This document shows positions 20,201 through 28,777 of a stretch of DNA of 64,000 nt, piece by piece. The position numbers were made by a program, and so were the translations under genes. Within the stretch, counting starts at the first letter, position 1. Each line of letters starts with the position of its first letter. Source of the DNA: Vicinamibacteria bacterium (GTDB lineage: Bacteria > Acidobacteriota > Vicinamibacteria > Marinacidobacterales > Marinacidobacteraceae); the NCBI GenBank assembly GCA_963555995.3, contig OY821641.1, positions 2,144,001-2,208,000 of the forward strand. The letters run 5' to 3'. A model generated the notes under the pieces. That model had not been told where the DNA came from and ran no database searches. It saw only the letters and a list, made by a program, of their open reading frames with translations.

Positions 20201-20807
20201 CGGGTTCGGGGAGCTGGTCCACCGGGTCCTCGAACAGATTCCCCTGGACGCCGAAGAGCCGGAGATCGAAGCGGAAGCCGCCCGGGCGGTCCGGGAACTC
20301 GAACTTGCGGACGCACTCGCCCCCGCCGCGGCCAGAGCGGTGACCGCCGCGCTCGCCCACCCGCGCCTGGCCGAAGCGCGCAAAGCGGAAGAACAGGGCG
20401 TGTGCTACAGGGAACTGCCGCTCCTCCATCTGGAACCGGTCGCGGACGACGGCTTGGAACGCCGGTCTCCAGACCGGCGCCGCGGCCCTCCGGGACGCGA
20501 CACCGCGCCGCGCCCGACACTCGAAGTCGCTTCCGCGCTGGAAACCGAGTCCTTCGCCGAACCGGAGGACACATCCCTTCCCGGCGGACCCGGCCCGACG
20601 CTGGTGGAAGGAGTCGCCGATCTCGTCTTCCAGCCGGACCCCGGGGGCGCCTGGACGGTCCTCGACTTCAAGACGGATTCCCGTCCCCCCGAGGACCCCG
20701 AGTTCCAGGCCAGCCAGGCCCGCTACCGCCGGCAGGTCGGTCTCTACGTCCGGGCGGTCGAACGCGCCACCGGCCAACCCACCCGAGGCGTCCTGCTCTA
20801 CGTTTAG
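17250..20807 (+). CDS. addA: AddA-like UvrD helicase/nuclease
   Basis: EAAAGTGKT, TIHAFC, VDEYQDT, VGDPKQSIYRFR, TTHTAKGLEF, LYVAMTRAR and GVADL...DFKT motifs. Confidence 0.9.
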   Translation: MNALPDAAARERIRRDHDTTLIVEAAAGTGKTTSVVGRVVEMVAGGAARIGQIAAITFTEKAAGELRLRIRQGLESRLENAADGADGAAAGPRLEAALSQIEEASIGTIHAFCATILRERPIEAGVDPDFQILTDAEQRAFFDRVFRRFVDRQLEGPGPGIARLLRRSRNPMVSPLDVLREAGLRLLDYRSLDAPWKRSAWDAAAAVAELVEQPGGEGSEPVPSLFMIEDLYRALPKDPPGARPNWLIRSLTAAADLAREIRVREAASGSDLDWIEQALAELRVPAYGGRTPAGFPHTRKWRDAFRARLAAFQKQSNADLAALLREDLRGLVADYESAKAKAGLLDFDDLLLRTRGLLREHAEVRRELAGRFRHIVVDEYQDTDPMQTEIVLLLTAEEPADADWREAVPVPGRLALVGDPKQSIYRFRRADVAHYLRVKERLLANGAAEVRLTTNFRSVPGICDFVNRTLKPVFEAAPGLGGFARQVDYLPLHAHREPMPGPALAAIPLAHAPNPRQLEEQEPRAVAGFVGGLLDRGFEVSAADGGSPRPVQASDVCLLFRRFRNYGRLVPRPYADALQDLGIPHSLAAVQTYIGSAELSFLRAALTAVEFPEDELSVYATLRGPLFALPDQDLFLFRERHPEIRLRPARARLLELEDDPAAAGRADRTIRDALAFLYDLHRRRTHQPIAVTLQELLGRHRAETGFAFWNSPDQVLSNLRRLAEAARAFEARGGLSFRGFVEQLAAEAENPDAGSAHAIDEDVSGVRIMTTHTAKGLEFPVVVLCDGAAQRRGRASRIANAEKRLYACDLGAGIVPWDLIEGTPAEEAEDLAELDRLLYVAMTRARDLLAAPVAEGDFPAESLLAPVAAGLKPLLGRGGITPRTDESGPSGAPGRRRGTGALWDLLRADAAGGAPGDGKAAEAAFLARRQRAVADGQVPTRRAMPATAFAALEAAADPADARQMDVRPVEVEELPRDSERPAGVGFGELVHRVLEQIPLDAEEPEIEAEAARAVRELELADALAPAAARAVTAALAHPRLAEARKAEEQGVCYRELPLLHLEPVADDGLERRSPDRRRGPPGRDTAPRPTLEVASALETESFAEPEDTSLPGGPGPTLVEGVADLVFQPDPGGAWTVLDFKTDSRPPEDPEFQASQARYRRQVGLYVRAVERATGQPTRGVLLYV
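20450..20499 (+). repeat. REP copy embedded in-frame in addA
   Basis: CGGCTTGGAACGCCGGTCTCCAGACCGGC plus downstream hairpin CGCGGCCCTCCGGGACGCG; translates to GLERRSPDRRRGPPGRD. Confidence 0.75.
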
Positions 20808-20832
20808 CAGCCTGTGGACAAAGTCACGCGGC
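20804..20832 (+). repeat. Solo MITE end overlapping the addA stop codon
   Basis: TTAGCAGCCTGTGGACAAAGTCACGCGGC is nearly identical to 3213-3241. Confidence 0.75.
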
Positions 20833-20843
20833 GCTCCCAACCC

Positions 20844-21887
20844 TCAGCGCTGGGCGGCCTCCCAGGCCCGGACCCGCTCGCGGGCGGAATCGAACAGCCG
20901 CTCGTAGTTGCCGAGGCGGACCTGCTCGCCGGCGTCCGGATCGAGGCTGTCGAAGAGCGGACGCCAGACCTCCAGCGCGCCGAGATAGGAGGCCGCGTCC
21001 GTCGAGACCACCGAATCGGAGCCGAGCACGAACCGGTCCGGCCAGGCGTTCACGAGCGCCACCCACGCCGCCAGCGTTTCCGGCGGCCCCGCGATCTGCT
21101 CGGCCACCACGTCCCAGGACAGGTCGAAGTAGAGGTGGTTCAGCCCTTCGTCCCGCAGGACTCCCTCCAGCAACCTCAAGTAGTCGCCCGTCGGCTCCAC
21201 GAAGCGGCCGAGCCCGGCATGCGCCCAGAGGATCGTGGTCCCCGGATGCCGCCGGACCACGTCCACGAAGGAGTCGAAGTGCGTTGGCCGCTCCCCCTCG
21301 TGCGGCAGGATCACGTCCACGTCGTTGTGGATGAGGGTCAGCAGCCCGACCTCGCCCGCGAACTCCAGGATGCGGTCGAGCGCCGGGTTGCGGAGGCTCG
21401 CGGTGTGGCCCACCGTCTTCGGGGACACCACCTCCTTGTGGATGGAGAACTCCCCGATCCCCGAGAACACCCCGGGGTAGAGCCGCAGCACCCGGCGGAT
21501 GTGGTCGGTCGCGTACATGTCGGTGGGGTTGAAGCCGGTGATCATGGGATCGAACCGCTCCCGCTGGTCGGGCGGTAACGCCCGCACCGCCTCCGCCACC
21601 ATCGCGTCCACGAACGGGTAGTAGTAGAGCGCCGCGTCCGAGCGCAGGTAGTAGTCGGGAGCGCGGTCGCCCGACTCGAACCAGTCCCACTTCTGCTGGA
21701 GGGGGATGCCCATCAGGGCCGCGCGCCCCACCCGGCCGCCCATCATCTCGAGGAACGCGGGCAGCGCCGTCTCCCGCTGGATGTAGTCGGTGGGGTGGTA
21801 GTGGGCGTCGTGGAAGTCCGGCGCGGCCGGCGACTGGGCCGAGACCGGCGCGCCGGGAGCGAGGAGGACCGCGAGAAGGAAGCGCAT
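20844..21887 (-). CDS. Secreted amidohydrolase-superfamily protein
   Basis: Signal peptide, HDAHYH, GIGEF, WAHAG, FVLGSD. Confidence 0.85.
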   Translation of the reverse strand: MRFLLAVLLAPGAPVSAQSPAAPDFHDAHYHPTDYIQRETALPAFLEMMGGRVGRAALMGIPLQQKWDWFESGDRAPDYYLRSDAALYYYPFVDAMVAEAVRALPPDQRERFDPMITGFNPTDMYATDHIRRVLRLYPGVFSGIGEFSIHKEVVSPKTVGHTASLRNPALDRILEFAGEVGLLTLIHNDVDVILPHEGERPTHFDSFVDVVRRHPGTTILWAHAGLGRFVEPTGDYLRLLEGVLRDEGLNHLYFDLSWDVVAEQIAGPPETLAAWVALVNAWPDRFVLGSDSVVSTDAASYLGALEVWRPLFDSLDPDAGEQVRLGNYERLFDSARERVRAWEAAQR

Positions 21888-21967
21888 CCGCCGGGAACGC
21901 CACCCGATTCCGAGCATCGAGGGAAGCGTAACGGCAGCGGCGCCGGGTACGGATAGCCTCTCCCTCC

Positions 21968-22864
21968 ATGCCTTCCGGCGCGCCCCGCCTGCTGATCGCC
22001 GGAGAGACGTTCGAGGACCTCATCTTCGCCGAGCTGCCCCGCTTGCCGCGGCCCGGCGAGGAGATGCGCACCGACCAGTTCCGCCGCACTTTCGGCGGGG
22101 GCGCGCTCATTTCGGCGGCGTGGGCGCGCGCCGAAGGCCTCGAGGTGGACCTCCTTTCGGCGCTGCCCCCGCGGGTCGGCCGGATCCTGGAGACCGAGGG
22201 CATTGGCTACCGGAATCTCCGTGGGCCGCGCGAACCCCACGCCGTCACCGCCTGCCTGTCGTTCGGGCCCGAACGCAGCTTCGCCACCTTCAACGGCATG
22301 AACCGGGAGCTGGAGCAGCGGATCTACGTCGCCCTCCGGCGGGCGGGGTCCACCTCGGCGTTCGGAGCGGTGCTGATGGCGATGCCGCCCCGCGTCTGTC
22401 CGGCCTGGTCGGAGCTCCAGACCGCCATGCGGCAGGTCGGCGAAACGGCGGAGATCTTCTGGGACTTCGGGTACGACGAAGACCTCCCGCGGCGCGACGG
22501 CTTCGCCGAACTCCTCGAGCAGTCCGCCGGCGCGTTCGTGAACGTCCAGGAAGCGAACCTCTATGACGGCCCGAACGGCTTTCTCCAGCGGGCGGCCGAC
22601 GCCGGGACGCTGGTGATCGTGAAGCGGGGGGCGGACGGCGCCGAGGTCTTCGGTCGCCCGGAAACGCGGGTCGCCGCACCGATCCCCCTCCGCGGTATCC
22701 GCGACACCACGGGCGCGGGTGACGCCTTCGCCGCCGGGTTCCTGGCGCAGCGGCTCCGGGGCGGGTCGCTCGAGGAACAGCTCGCGGCCGGGAACGTCTG
22801 CGGGGCGCGCTCCGTCCAGCACCTCGGCGGACTGCCGCGCCGGCCTTGGGACAGCAACCGGTGA
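21968..22864 (+). CDS. PfkB-family carbohydrate kinase
   Basis: FGGGA, NVQEA, VKRGADGA, DTTGAGDAFAAGF. Confidence 0.9.
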   Translation: MPSGAPRLLIAGETFEDLIFAELPRLPRPGEEMRTDQFRRTFGGGALISAAWARAEGLEVDLLSALPPRVGRILETEGIGYRNLRGPREPHAVTACLSFGPERSFATFNGMNRELEQRIYVALRRAGSTSAFGAVLMAMPPRVCPAWSELQTAMRQVGETAEIFWDFGYDEDLPRRDGFAELLEQSAGAFVNVQEANLYDGPNGFLQRAADAGTLVIVKRGADGAEVFGRPETRVAAPIPLRGIRDTTGAGDAFAAGFLAQRLRGGSLEEQLAAGNVCGARSVQHLGGLPRRPWDSNR

Positions 22865-24192
22865 AGATCGCCCTGCTCGGCGGGGGCGGCCTGCGCAGCC
22901 CCCTGCTGGCCCGGGCGCTCGCCGGCAGCGGCCTCGGGGTCCGGGAACTCGCGCTCCACGACAACGACCCGCGACGCCTCGCGGCCATCGCGCCGGTGGT
23001 CGAGGCGCGCGCGACCGGCATCCGGGTGAGCGTGAACCGGTCCCCGGCCGCCGCCGTCGCGGGCAGCCGGTTCGTCTTCGCCTCCATCCGCGCCGGCGGA
23101 CAGGAGGCGCGCGCCCACGACGAGCGGGTCTGCTCCGAGGCGGGCGTGCTCGGACAGGAGACCGTGGGAGCGGCGGGCGCCGCGCTCGCCATGCGGAACA
23201 TCCCGGCGATGCTCCGCCTCGCCCGGGTCGTGGAAAGGGAGGCGCCGGGCGCCACCCTCATCAACTACACGAACCCCGCCGGGATGGTCACCGAAGCGCT
23301 CCTCAACGAGACCTCACTGGAGGTGGTGGGAATCTGCGACACCCCCGCCGAACTCACCGGCCGGGTTGTCAAACTGCTCTACCTCGATCCCGCCGCCTGC
23401 TCGGTCGGCTGGTCCGGGATCAACCACCTCGGCTGGCTCACGGCTCTCGAGGAGGCCGACCCCACCGGCGCCTTCCCCCCGGAAAACCGCCTCGAAGACC
23501 TGTTCGGCGATCCGGAACGCCTCCTGCGGATCCACCGCGACGGGCTCTTCGAGACCTCCGAGATGGCGGGCGCCATCCCCTCCGAGTACGTGTTCCTCCA
23601 CCTCCATCCGAGGCGCGCCATGGAGCGCACCCGCGCTTCCGGGACCACCCGCGGGGCCTCCATTCTCGCCCTGGAGGAAACGCTCTTCGCCGCGCTCGCG
23701 GCGGCCCGGGATCCGGAGAAGGCGCGCGCCGCCTACCGGGAGTTCACCCACGCGCGCGACGCGTCCTATTTCCGGATCGAGGCCCGCGGGGACGCCTCGC
23801 CGCCCGGCGGCGCTCCTGCCGCCGGCGGCCCGAGCGGTTACGACCGCATCGGCCTCCAGGCGATGGGGGCGCTCCTCGGGGACGAGCCGGAGGAGATGGT
23901 GGTGAACACCCGGAACCGCACCCCGCTCGGAGGCCCCGCGGTGCCCGAACTGCCCGCGGACGACGTCGTGGAGGTTGCGGCGCTCGTCGGAAAGGGCGGC
24001 GTCGCGCCGATTCCCCAGCCGCCGCTGCCGGTTCCCGCCGGCGACCTGCTCCGGCGGGCAAAGACTGCCGAACGGGAGTTCGTGCGAGCCGCGCTCGCGG
24101 GAGATCCCGAGATCGCGGCCGAGGCCCTCCGGGAACATCCGGCGGGAGGCCCCGAGGCGGCGGCCGTCTTCGGCGGCCTGAACAGCCGGTGA
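22861..24192 (+). CDS. Glycoside hydrolase family 4 (6-phospho-beta-glucosidase-like)
   Basis: KIALLGGGG, GVLGQETVGAAG, INYTNPAG, GICD, GINHL. Confidence 0.9.
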   Translation: MKIALLGGGGLRSPLLARALAGSGLGVRELALHDNDPRRLAAIAPVVEARATGIRVSVNRSPAAAVAGSRFVFASIRAGGQEARAHDERVCSEAGVLGQETVGAAGAALAMRNIPAMLRLARVVEREAPGATLINYTNPAGMVTEALLNETSLEVVGICDTPAELTGRVVKLLYLDPAACSVGWSGINHLGWLTALEEADPTGAFPPENRLEDLFGDPERLLRIHRDGLFETSEMAGAIPSEYVFLHLHPRRAMERTRASGTTRGASILALEETLFAALAAARDPEKARAAYREFTHARDASYFRIEARGDASPPGGAPAAGGPSGYDRIGLQAMGALLGDEPEEMVVNTRNRTPLGGPAVPELPADDVVEVAALVGKGGVAPIPQPPLPVPAGDLLRRAKTAEREFVRAALAGDPEIAAEALREHPAGGPEAAAVFGGLNSR

Positions 24193-24224
24193 TGAAACCC
24201 GCGGCCCTCATCGTTGCGTTTCGA

Positions 24225-24481
24225 CAGACCCCGCCGGTCATGAGAATGGCGGAAACGGCCGGGAACGCCGGCTTCAGCCGGCACAGCGGGCCGAAGGCCC
24301 GCGGATGTCGTGCCGCCGTTTGCAGTGATGGACCAAGAGTCGAACGCCATCGCGCGGGTCAGCGTCGTGCAGTCCGCTGCGCTCCGCGCAGCGGGTGCCG
24401 GCTGAAGCCGGCGTTCCAAGCCGGCGGCGCTCTCACGGCTATTGGCGGACCTGTGATCCCCGGTTTTCACAGCAACTGGGC
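24225..24481 (+). repeat. Full REP-doublet (REPIN-like) unit
   Basis: Inverted REPs at about 24260 and 24396, internal hairpins, flanks CCCCGCCGGTCATGA and TTTTCACAGCAACTG shared with the 35810-37200 units. Confidence 0.8.
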
Positions 24482-24624
24482 CTCGCCGACCCCGGCGCTC
24501 ACCCGGGTTCCACCAACGGCCGTTGACGGTCGCGGAGGAAGCGGGAGAGCGGTTTCGCTACGATGCGGGCAGCCGTTCCCGGCGCTTGGTCCCACGCCGG
24601 AGAGCCTCGAGACGGCGGGGATTC

Positions 24625-26055
24625 ATGATGTTCCGAATGACGAGATTCACGGCGCCGCTCGCCGGATTGCTCGTCTGGTCCCTCGCCGCGCCGCTCGCCG
24701 CCCAGCCGCCGCCCGATCCCGGGGACCCCTTCGGCGAAGACCCCTTCGGGGACCGTTTCGGCGCGCCGGACGCGGACGTGGACGCGCTGGTGCGAACCGC
24801 GTTCTTCTCGAGGAACGGCGCGCAGCGGACCCGCGCGCTCCGCTACCTCGTCCAACGCGACCGGAAGGACGTGATCCCGGCGTTCATCGCCGTGCTGCGG
24901 CTGCTGCCCGATGAAGACGGCCGGCTGCTGGACGCGCTCCAGCGCCTCGCCCGGGCGAACATCCCCCGGGACTGGAAGGCATGGACGGAGTGGCAGGAGG
25001 AACACACCGAGGTCCGTCCCTACCGCGGGTTCGTCTCCTTCAAGGCGGACATCCTCGCGGGGATCGATCCGAACTTCCGCGACTTCCTCTACCGGGGGGT
25101 GCGGCACCGGATCCGGATCGAGGAGATCGTCTGGGGCGGCGTCCGGAAGGACGGCATCCCGGCGCTCGTGAACGCCGAGCAGATCCCGGCAGCCGAGGCG
25201 GCCTATCTCACCGGCCGCGAACTGGTCTTCGGGGTGAGCATCAACGGCGACTCCCGCGCCTATCCGCTCCGCATCCTCGACTGGCACGAGATGTTCAACG
25301 ACGTGGTCGGCGGCGTCCCGGTGTCGCTCGCCTACTGCACGCTCTGCGGGTCGGGAATCCTGTTCGACACCCGCGTTCCCGGACGCCGGGAACCCCTGGT
25401 GTTCGGCTCCTCGGGGCTGCTCTACCGGTCCAACAAGCTGATGTACGACACGGAGACGGAGTCGCTCTGGAACCAGTTCACCGGGGCGCCGGTGGTCGGC
25501 GAACTCACCGAGTCCGAGATCGTGCTGAAGGTCCTGCCGGTGGTGATCACGAGTTGGAGCGACTGGCTCACCGCCCACCCCGGAACCACGGTGCTCTCGC
25601 TCGATACCGGCTTCGACCGCGACTACCGGCCCGGACGGCCCTACGGGCAGTACTTCGCGAGCCCCGAACTCATGTTCCCGGTGGTGGTCCGGGACCGCCG
25701 CCTTGACCCCAAGGACCGCATCTTCGTGCTGCGCGACGGGGAAGCGGAGATGGCCTGGGCCCTGTCCCTCTTCGCGGGCGGCGCAGCCCTCCACGACCGG
25801 GTCGGGGACCGTGACGTGGTTCTCATCGGCGACGCCGAGTTCGAGACGGTGCGCGCCTACGACTCCGGGGGACGCACGTTCAGCGTGGTGGCGGGCGATC
25901 CGGCCCACGTCGAGAGCGGCGGAACGCTCTGGAGCGTGACCGAAGATGCCCTCACCGGCCCGGACGGCGAGACGTTCCCGCGGCTGCCGGGACACATGGC
26001 CTACTGGTTCGCGTACCAGAGCTACCACCCCGGCAATCCGGTGCGGACGGAATAG
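24625..26055 (+). CDS. DUF3179-domain exported protein
   Basis: Signal peptide, GGVRKDGIPAL, RAYPLRILDWHE, YCTLCGSG, MYDTETESLWNQ, YWFA. Confidence 0.85.
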   Translation: MMFRMTRFTAPLAGLLVWSLAAPLAAQPPPDPGDPFGEDPFGDRFGAPDADVDALVRTAFFSRNGAQRTRALRYLVQRDRKDVIPAFIAVLRLLPDEDGRLLDALQRLARANIPRDWKAWTEWQEEHTEVRPYRGFVSFKADILAGIDPNFRDFLYRGVRHRIRIEEIVWGGVRKDGIPALVNAEQIPAAEAAYLTGRELVFGVSINGDSRAYPLRILDWHEMFNDVVGGVPVSLAYCTLCGSGILFDTRVPGRREPLVFGSSGLLYRSNKLMYDTETESLWNQFTGAPVVGELTESEIVLKVLPVVITSWSDWLTAHPGTTVLSLDTGFDRDYRPGRPYGQYFASPELMFPVVVRDRRLDPKDRIFVLRDGEAEMAWALSLFAGGAALHDRVGDRDVVLIGDAEFETVRAYDSGGRTFSVVAGDPAHVESGGTLWSVTEDALTGPDGETFPRLPGHMAYWFAYQSYHPGNPVRTE

Positions 26056-26154
26056 ACGCGACGGCCTGGCCGGCGTCACCCGTCGGACAGTTGCGCGTGT
26101 CTGCGTTGAAAGTGGCTCCGGCGAAACGCTCGCTGTCGTGATGGCGACGCCGGC

Positions 26155-26315
26155 CCGGAGCGCCGGCTTCAGCCGGCACGCGGCCCGCAGGGCCGCAGCG
26201 GCGCGGCGCACCCCGGACAGGATGGCGCGACCGACCGGCCCGAGCCCATAAGGCTGTCGAACGTCGTGCGGTGCCGGCTGAAGCCGGCGCTCCAAGCCGT
26301 TTCGCCATTCTCATG
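26155..26315. repeat. REP doublet
   Basis: GGAGCGCCGGCTTCAGCCGGCAC ... GTGCCGGCTGAAGCCGGCGCTCCAAGC. Confidence 0.8.
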
Positions 26316-26366
26316 CGCCGCGGAGTGGGCAGGAGGACACACGCATGGCGTCCGCCGCGGGTTCCT

Positions 26367-26621
26367 TCAGAAGCGATGGCCGAAGTCGCGGTCCTCGCGG
26401 ATCAGATCCTCCGCGGGGGTCTGGGGCCGGCCGGCGGTCTCCCGACGGAGTTCGGCCGACACCACCCGGAAGGCCGCAAAGCGCAACTTCCTGTCGTTTC
26501 CGTCGGCCTCCTCAAGGACGTGGCGAGCCTCGTCCTCCAGGGACCGCTGGTGCTCGGCGGCACGCCGGCGAAGCCGCACTCCGGCCTCGTCGTCCAACCA
26601 GGGGACGTCGACCTTGGCCAT
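26367..26621 (-). CDS. FitA-like ribbon-helix-helix antitoxin, orphan
   Basis: LDDEAGVRLRRRAAEHQRSLEDEARHVL and C-terminal LIREDRD are typical of FitA/VapB; RBS-like GGAG upstream. Confidence 0.7.
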   Translation of the reverse strand: MAKVDVPWLDDEAGVRLRRRAAEHQRSLEDEARHVLEEADGNDRKLRFAAFRVVSAELRRETAGRPQTPAEDLIREDRDFGHRF

Positions 26622-26656
26622 GACTCCTTCCGCAGCGCTGGTCCCGGCGGGCGGCG

Positions 26657-27316
26657 CTACTTGCCGGGCTGGGAGACGAGGCGCAGGTAGGGCTTCGGGG
26701 CGCGCCAGCCGTCCGGGTACTTCTCCCGGGCCGCCTCGTCCGACACCGCGGGGACGATGATCACGTCGTCGCCGTCCCGCCAGTTCACCGGGGTGGCCAC
26801 CTGGTGCGCCGCGGTCAACTGCATCGAGTCGAGCACCCGGAGCACCTCGTCGAAGTTCCGGCCGGTGGTCATCGGGTAGGTGAGGATCAGCTTGACCCGC
26901 TTGTCGGGGCCGACCACGAACACCGACCGCACGGTCATGTTGTCCATCGCGGTGCGGCCCTTCCCGCCGAGCGCGTTGGGATGGATCATGTCGTAGAGCT
27001 TCGCCACCGCGAGGTCGTCGTCGCCGATCATCGGGTAGCCCACCGCGTGGCCCTGGGTCTCCTCGATGTCGGCCTTCCAGCGCTGGTGATCCTCGACGGG
27101 ATCCACGCTCAGGCCCATGATCTTGCAGTTGCGCTTGGCGAACTCGCCCTTCAACCCGGCCATGTACCCGAGTTCGGTGGTGCACACCGGAGTGAAGTCC
27201 TTCGGGTGCGAGAACAGGATCGCCCAGCCGTCGCCGATCCAGTCGTGGAAGCGGATCGTTCCCTCGGTGGTCTCGGCCGTGAAGTCTGGGGCGATATCGC
27301 CGATACGGATAGCCAT
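26657..27316 (-). CDS. 1-Cys peroxiredoxin (Prx6)
   Basis: FSHPKDFTPVCTTE, YPMTTGRNFDE, ATPVNW, PYLR. Confidence 0.95.
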   Translation of the reverse strand: MAIRIGDIAPDFTAETTEGTIRFHDWIGDGWAILFSHPKDFTPVCTTELGYMAGLKGEFAKRNCKIMGLSVDPVEDHQRWKADIEETQGHAVGYPMIGDDDLAVAKLYDMIHPNALGGKGRTAMDNMTVRSVFVVGPDKRVKLILTYPMTTGRNFDEVLRVLDSMQLTAAHQVATPVNWRDGDDVIIVPAVSDEAAREKYPDGWRAPKPYLRLVSQPGK

Positions 27317-27404
27317 GCGGTCACCTCCTGCGTTTCCGGTGTCTGGCGTCGCCGGTCGTCGTCGGCCGGCGCCCGCGAACGATAGCCCGGCGTCCCCAGC
27401 TTGC

Positions 27405-27490
27405 GTCCTCCTGCGCACCCCACCAGTCACGAAAACGGCTTGGAGCGCCGGCTTCAGCCGGCACCCGCTGCGCGGAGCGCAGCGGAACGA
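27405..27490 (+). repeat. Partial REP unit
   Basis: GTCCTCCTGCGCACCCCACCAGTCACGAAAACGGCTTGGAGCGCCGGCTTCAGCCGGCACCCGCTGCGCGGAGCGCAGCGG. Confidence 0.75.
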
Positions 27491-27544
27491 CGTACACCTG
27501 CTGCCCACATGGCGCGTGGAAAGGTGAGGCGCCACCGAAGAACT

Positions 27545-27595
27545 GGTCGCAGGCGGGCTGAATCACATAGGCTCGGCGCCGGAGACAGGCCGAAT
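27545..27595. repeat. Left part of the 32-bp tandem array, about 1.6 units before IS21
   Basis: GGTCGCAGGCGGGCT-GAATCACATAGGCTCGGCGCCGGAGACAGGCC-GAAT. Confidence 0.85.
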
Positions 27596-27754
27596 TGTTG
27601 GCGGGCTTTGAAAAAGTCCCACTTTTGGGCGGCCAAAATGTCCCACTCGGCTTTGTGCAAACGGGCGGTGCGGAGATCGTCTCGGGAGTCATCTTGGGCT
27701 GATCGGGTGGCCGGGTCCATAGCGAAGCGCCGCTCCCGAACGAGGGGAGCGACG

Positions 27755-28777
27755 ATGCAGGAGATCAGGAAACGGGTGCGGTTCCGCGCGCTGTTGAAGG
27801 GCGGGATGAGCAAGGCGGGGATCAGCCGGTTGCTGGGGATCAGCCGCCGGACGGCGACGCGTTGGGCGTCGGTGGATCGCGCGGGGAGAGGCCACCTGGC
27901 CTTGACCTACGGTCCGCGAGCGGGAGGCGGCTCGATCCTGGACCCGTACAAGGAGATCGTGCGGGTTCGGTTGTCGGCGTATCCGGAGTTGTCGGCGGTG
28001 CGGGTGTTCCAGGAGTTGCGGGAGTCGGGCTATCCGGGGGGATATGACGTGGTGAAGCGCTATGTGCGGGAGGTGCGCCCGCAGCCGGAGAAGGAGCCGT
28101 TGGTTCGGTTCGAGACGGCGCCGGGTCAGCAGGGCCAGGTGGACTTCGCGGAGTTCCGGCTGCCGTGGGGGAAGCGGTGGGCGCTGCTGGTGGTGTTGGG
28201 GTATTCGCGGCTGCTGTGGCTGCGGTTTTACGAGCGGCAGACGATGGGGGTGCTGATGCGGGGACTGGAGGAGGCGTTCGCGTATTTCGGCGGGGTTCCC
28301 TTGGAGTTGTTGTTCGACCAGATGAAGTCGGTGATCATCGAGGATCGGCGGGCCACGGCGGGGGAGTTGCTGCGGAACGCGGAGTTCGAGCGGTTCTCGC
28401 ATCACCACGGGTTCGTGATCCGGGCGTGTCGGCCGTATCGGGCGCGGACGAAGGGGAAGGTGGAGCGTCCGATCAGCTATGTGCGGCGGGGGTTTTTCTA
28501 CGGTCGCGAGTTCGTGTCGGATGCGGACCTGAACGCCCGGGCGCTGGCCTGGGTGGAGGGGGTGGCGAACGCGCGGATGCACGGGACCCTGAAGGAGGTT
28601 CCGCGGGATCGGTTCGAGCGGGAGCGGTCTTTGTTGGGGCCGTTGGCGAAGAGGCCGTATTCGGGGCTGGTGTCGGTACCTTCCGGGCCTGCGGAGGGGT
28701 TGGTGTCGCGGCCGCGGCTGCTGGTGGAGCGCCGCAGCCTGGCGGAGTATGGCCGGCTGGGGGAGGTGCGGGGATGA
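27755..28777 (+). CDS. istA: IS21 transposase
   Basis: HTH, RFETAPGQQGQVDF, LLFDQMKS, CRPYRARTKGKVER. Confidence 0.9.
   Translation: MQEIRKRVRFRALLKGGMSKAGISRLLGISRRTATRWASVDRAGRGHLALTYGPRAGGGSILDPYKEIVRVRLSAYPELSAVRVFQELRESGYPGGYDVVKRYVREVRPQPEKEPLVRFETAPGQQGQVDFAEFRLPWGKRWALLVVLGYSRLLWLRFYERQTMGVLMRGLEEAFAYFGGVPLELLFDQMKSVIIEDRRATAGELLRNAEFERFSHHHGFVIRACRPYRARTKGKVERPISYVRRGFFYGREFVSDADLNARALAWVEGVANARMHGTLKEVPRDRFERERSLLGPLAKRPYSGLVSVPSGPAEGLVSRPRLLVERRSLAEYGRLGEVRG

Noticed and set aside
14047-20807. Helicase-nuclease pair as a novel defence system
   Set aside because: Motifs and gene order match housekeeping AddAB
24625-26055. Selenoprotein form of DUF3179
   Set aside because: The CxxC motif is Cys-encoded and there is no in-frame TGA
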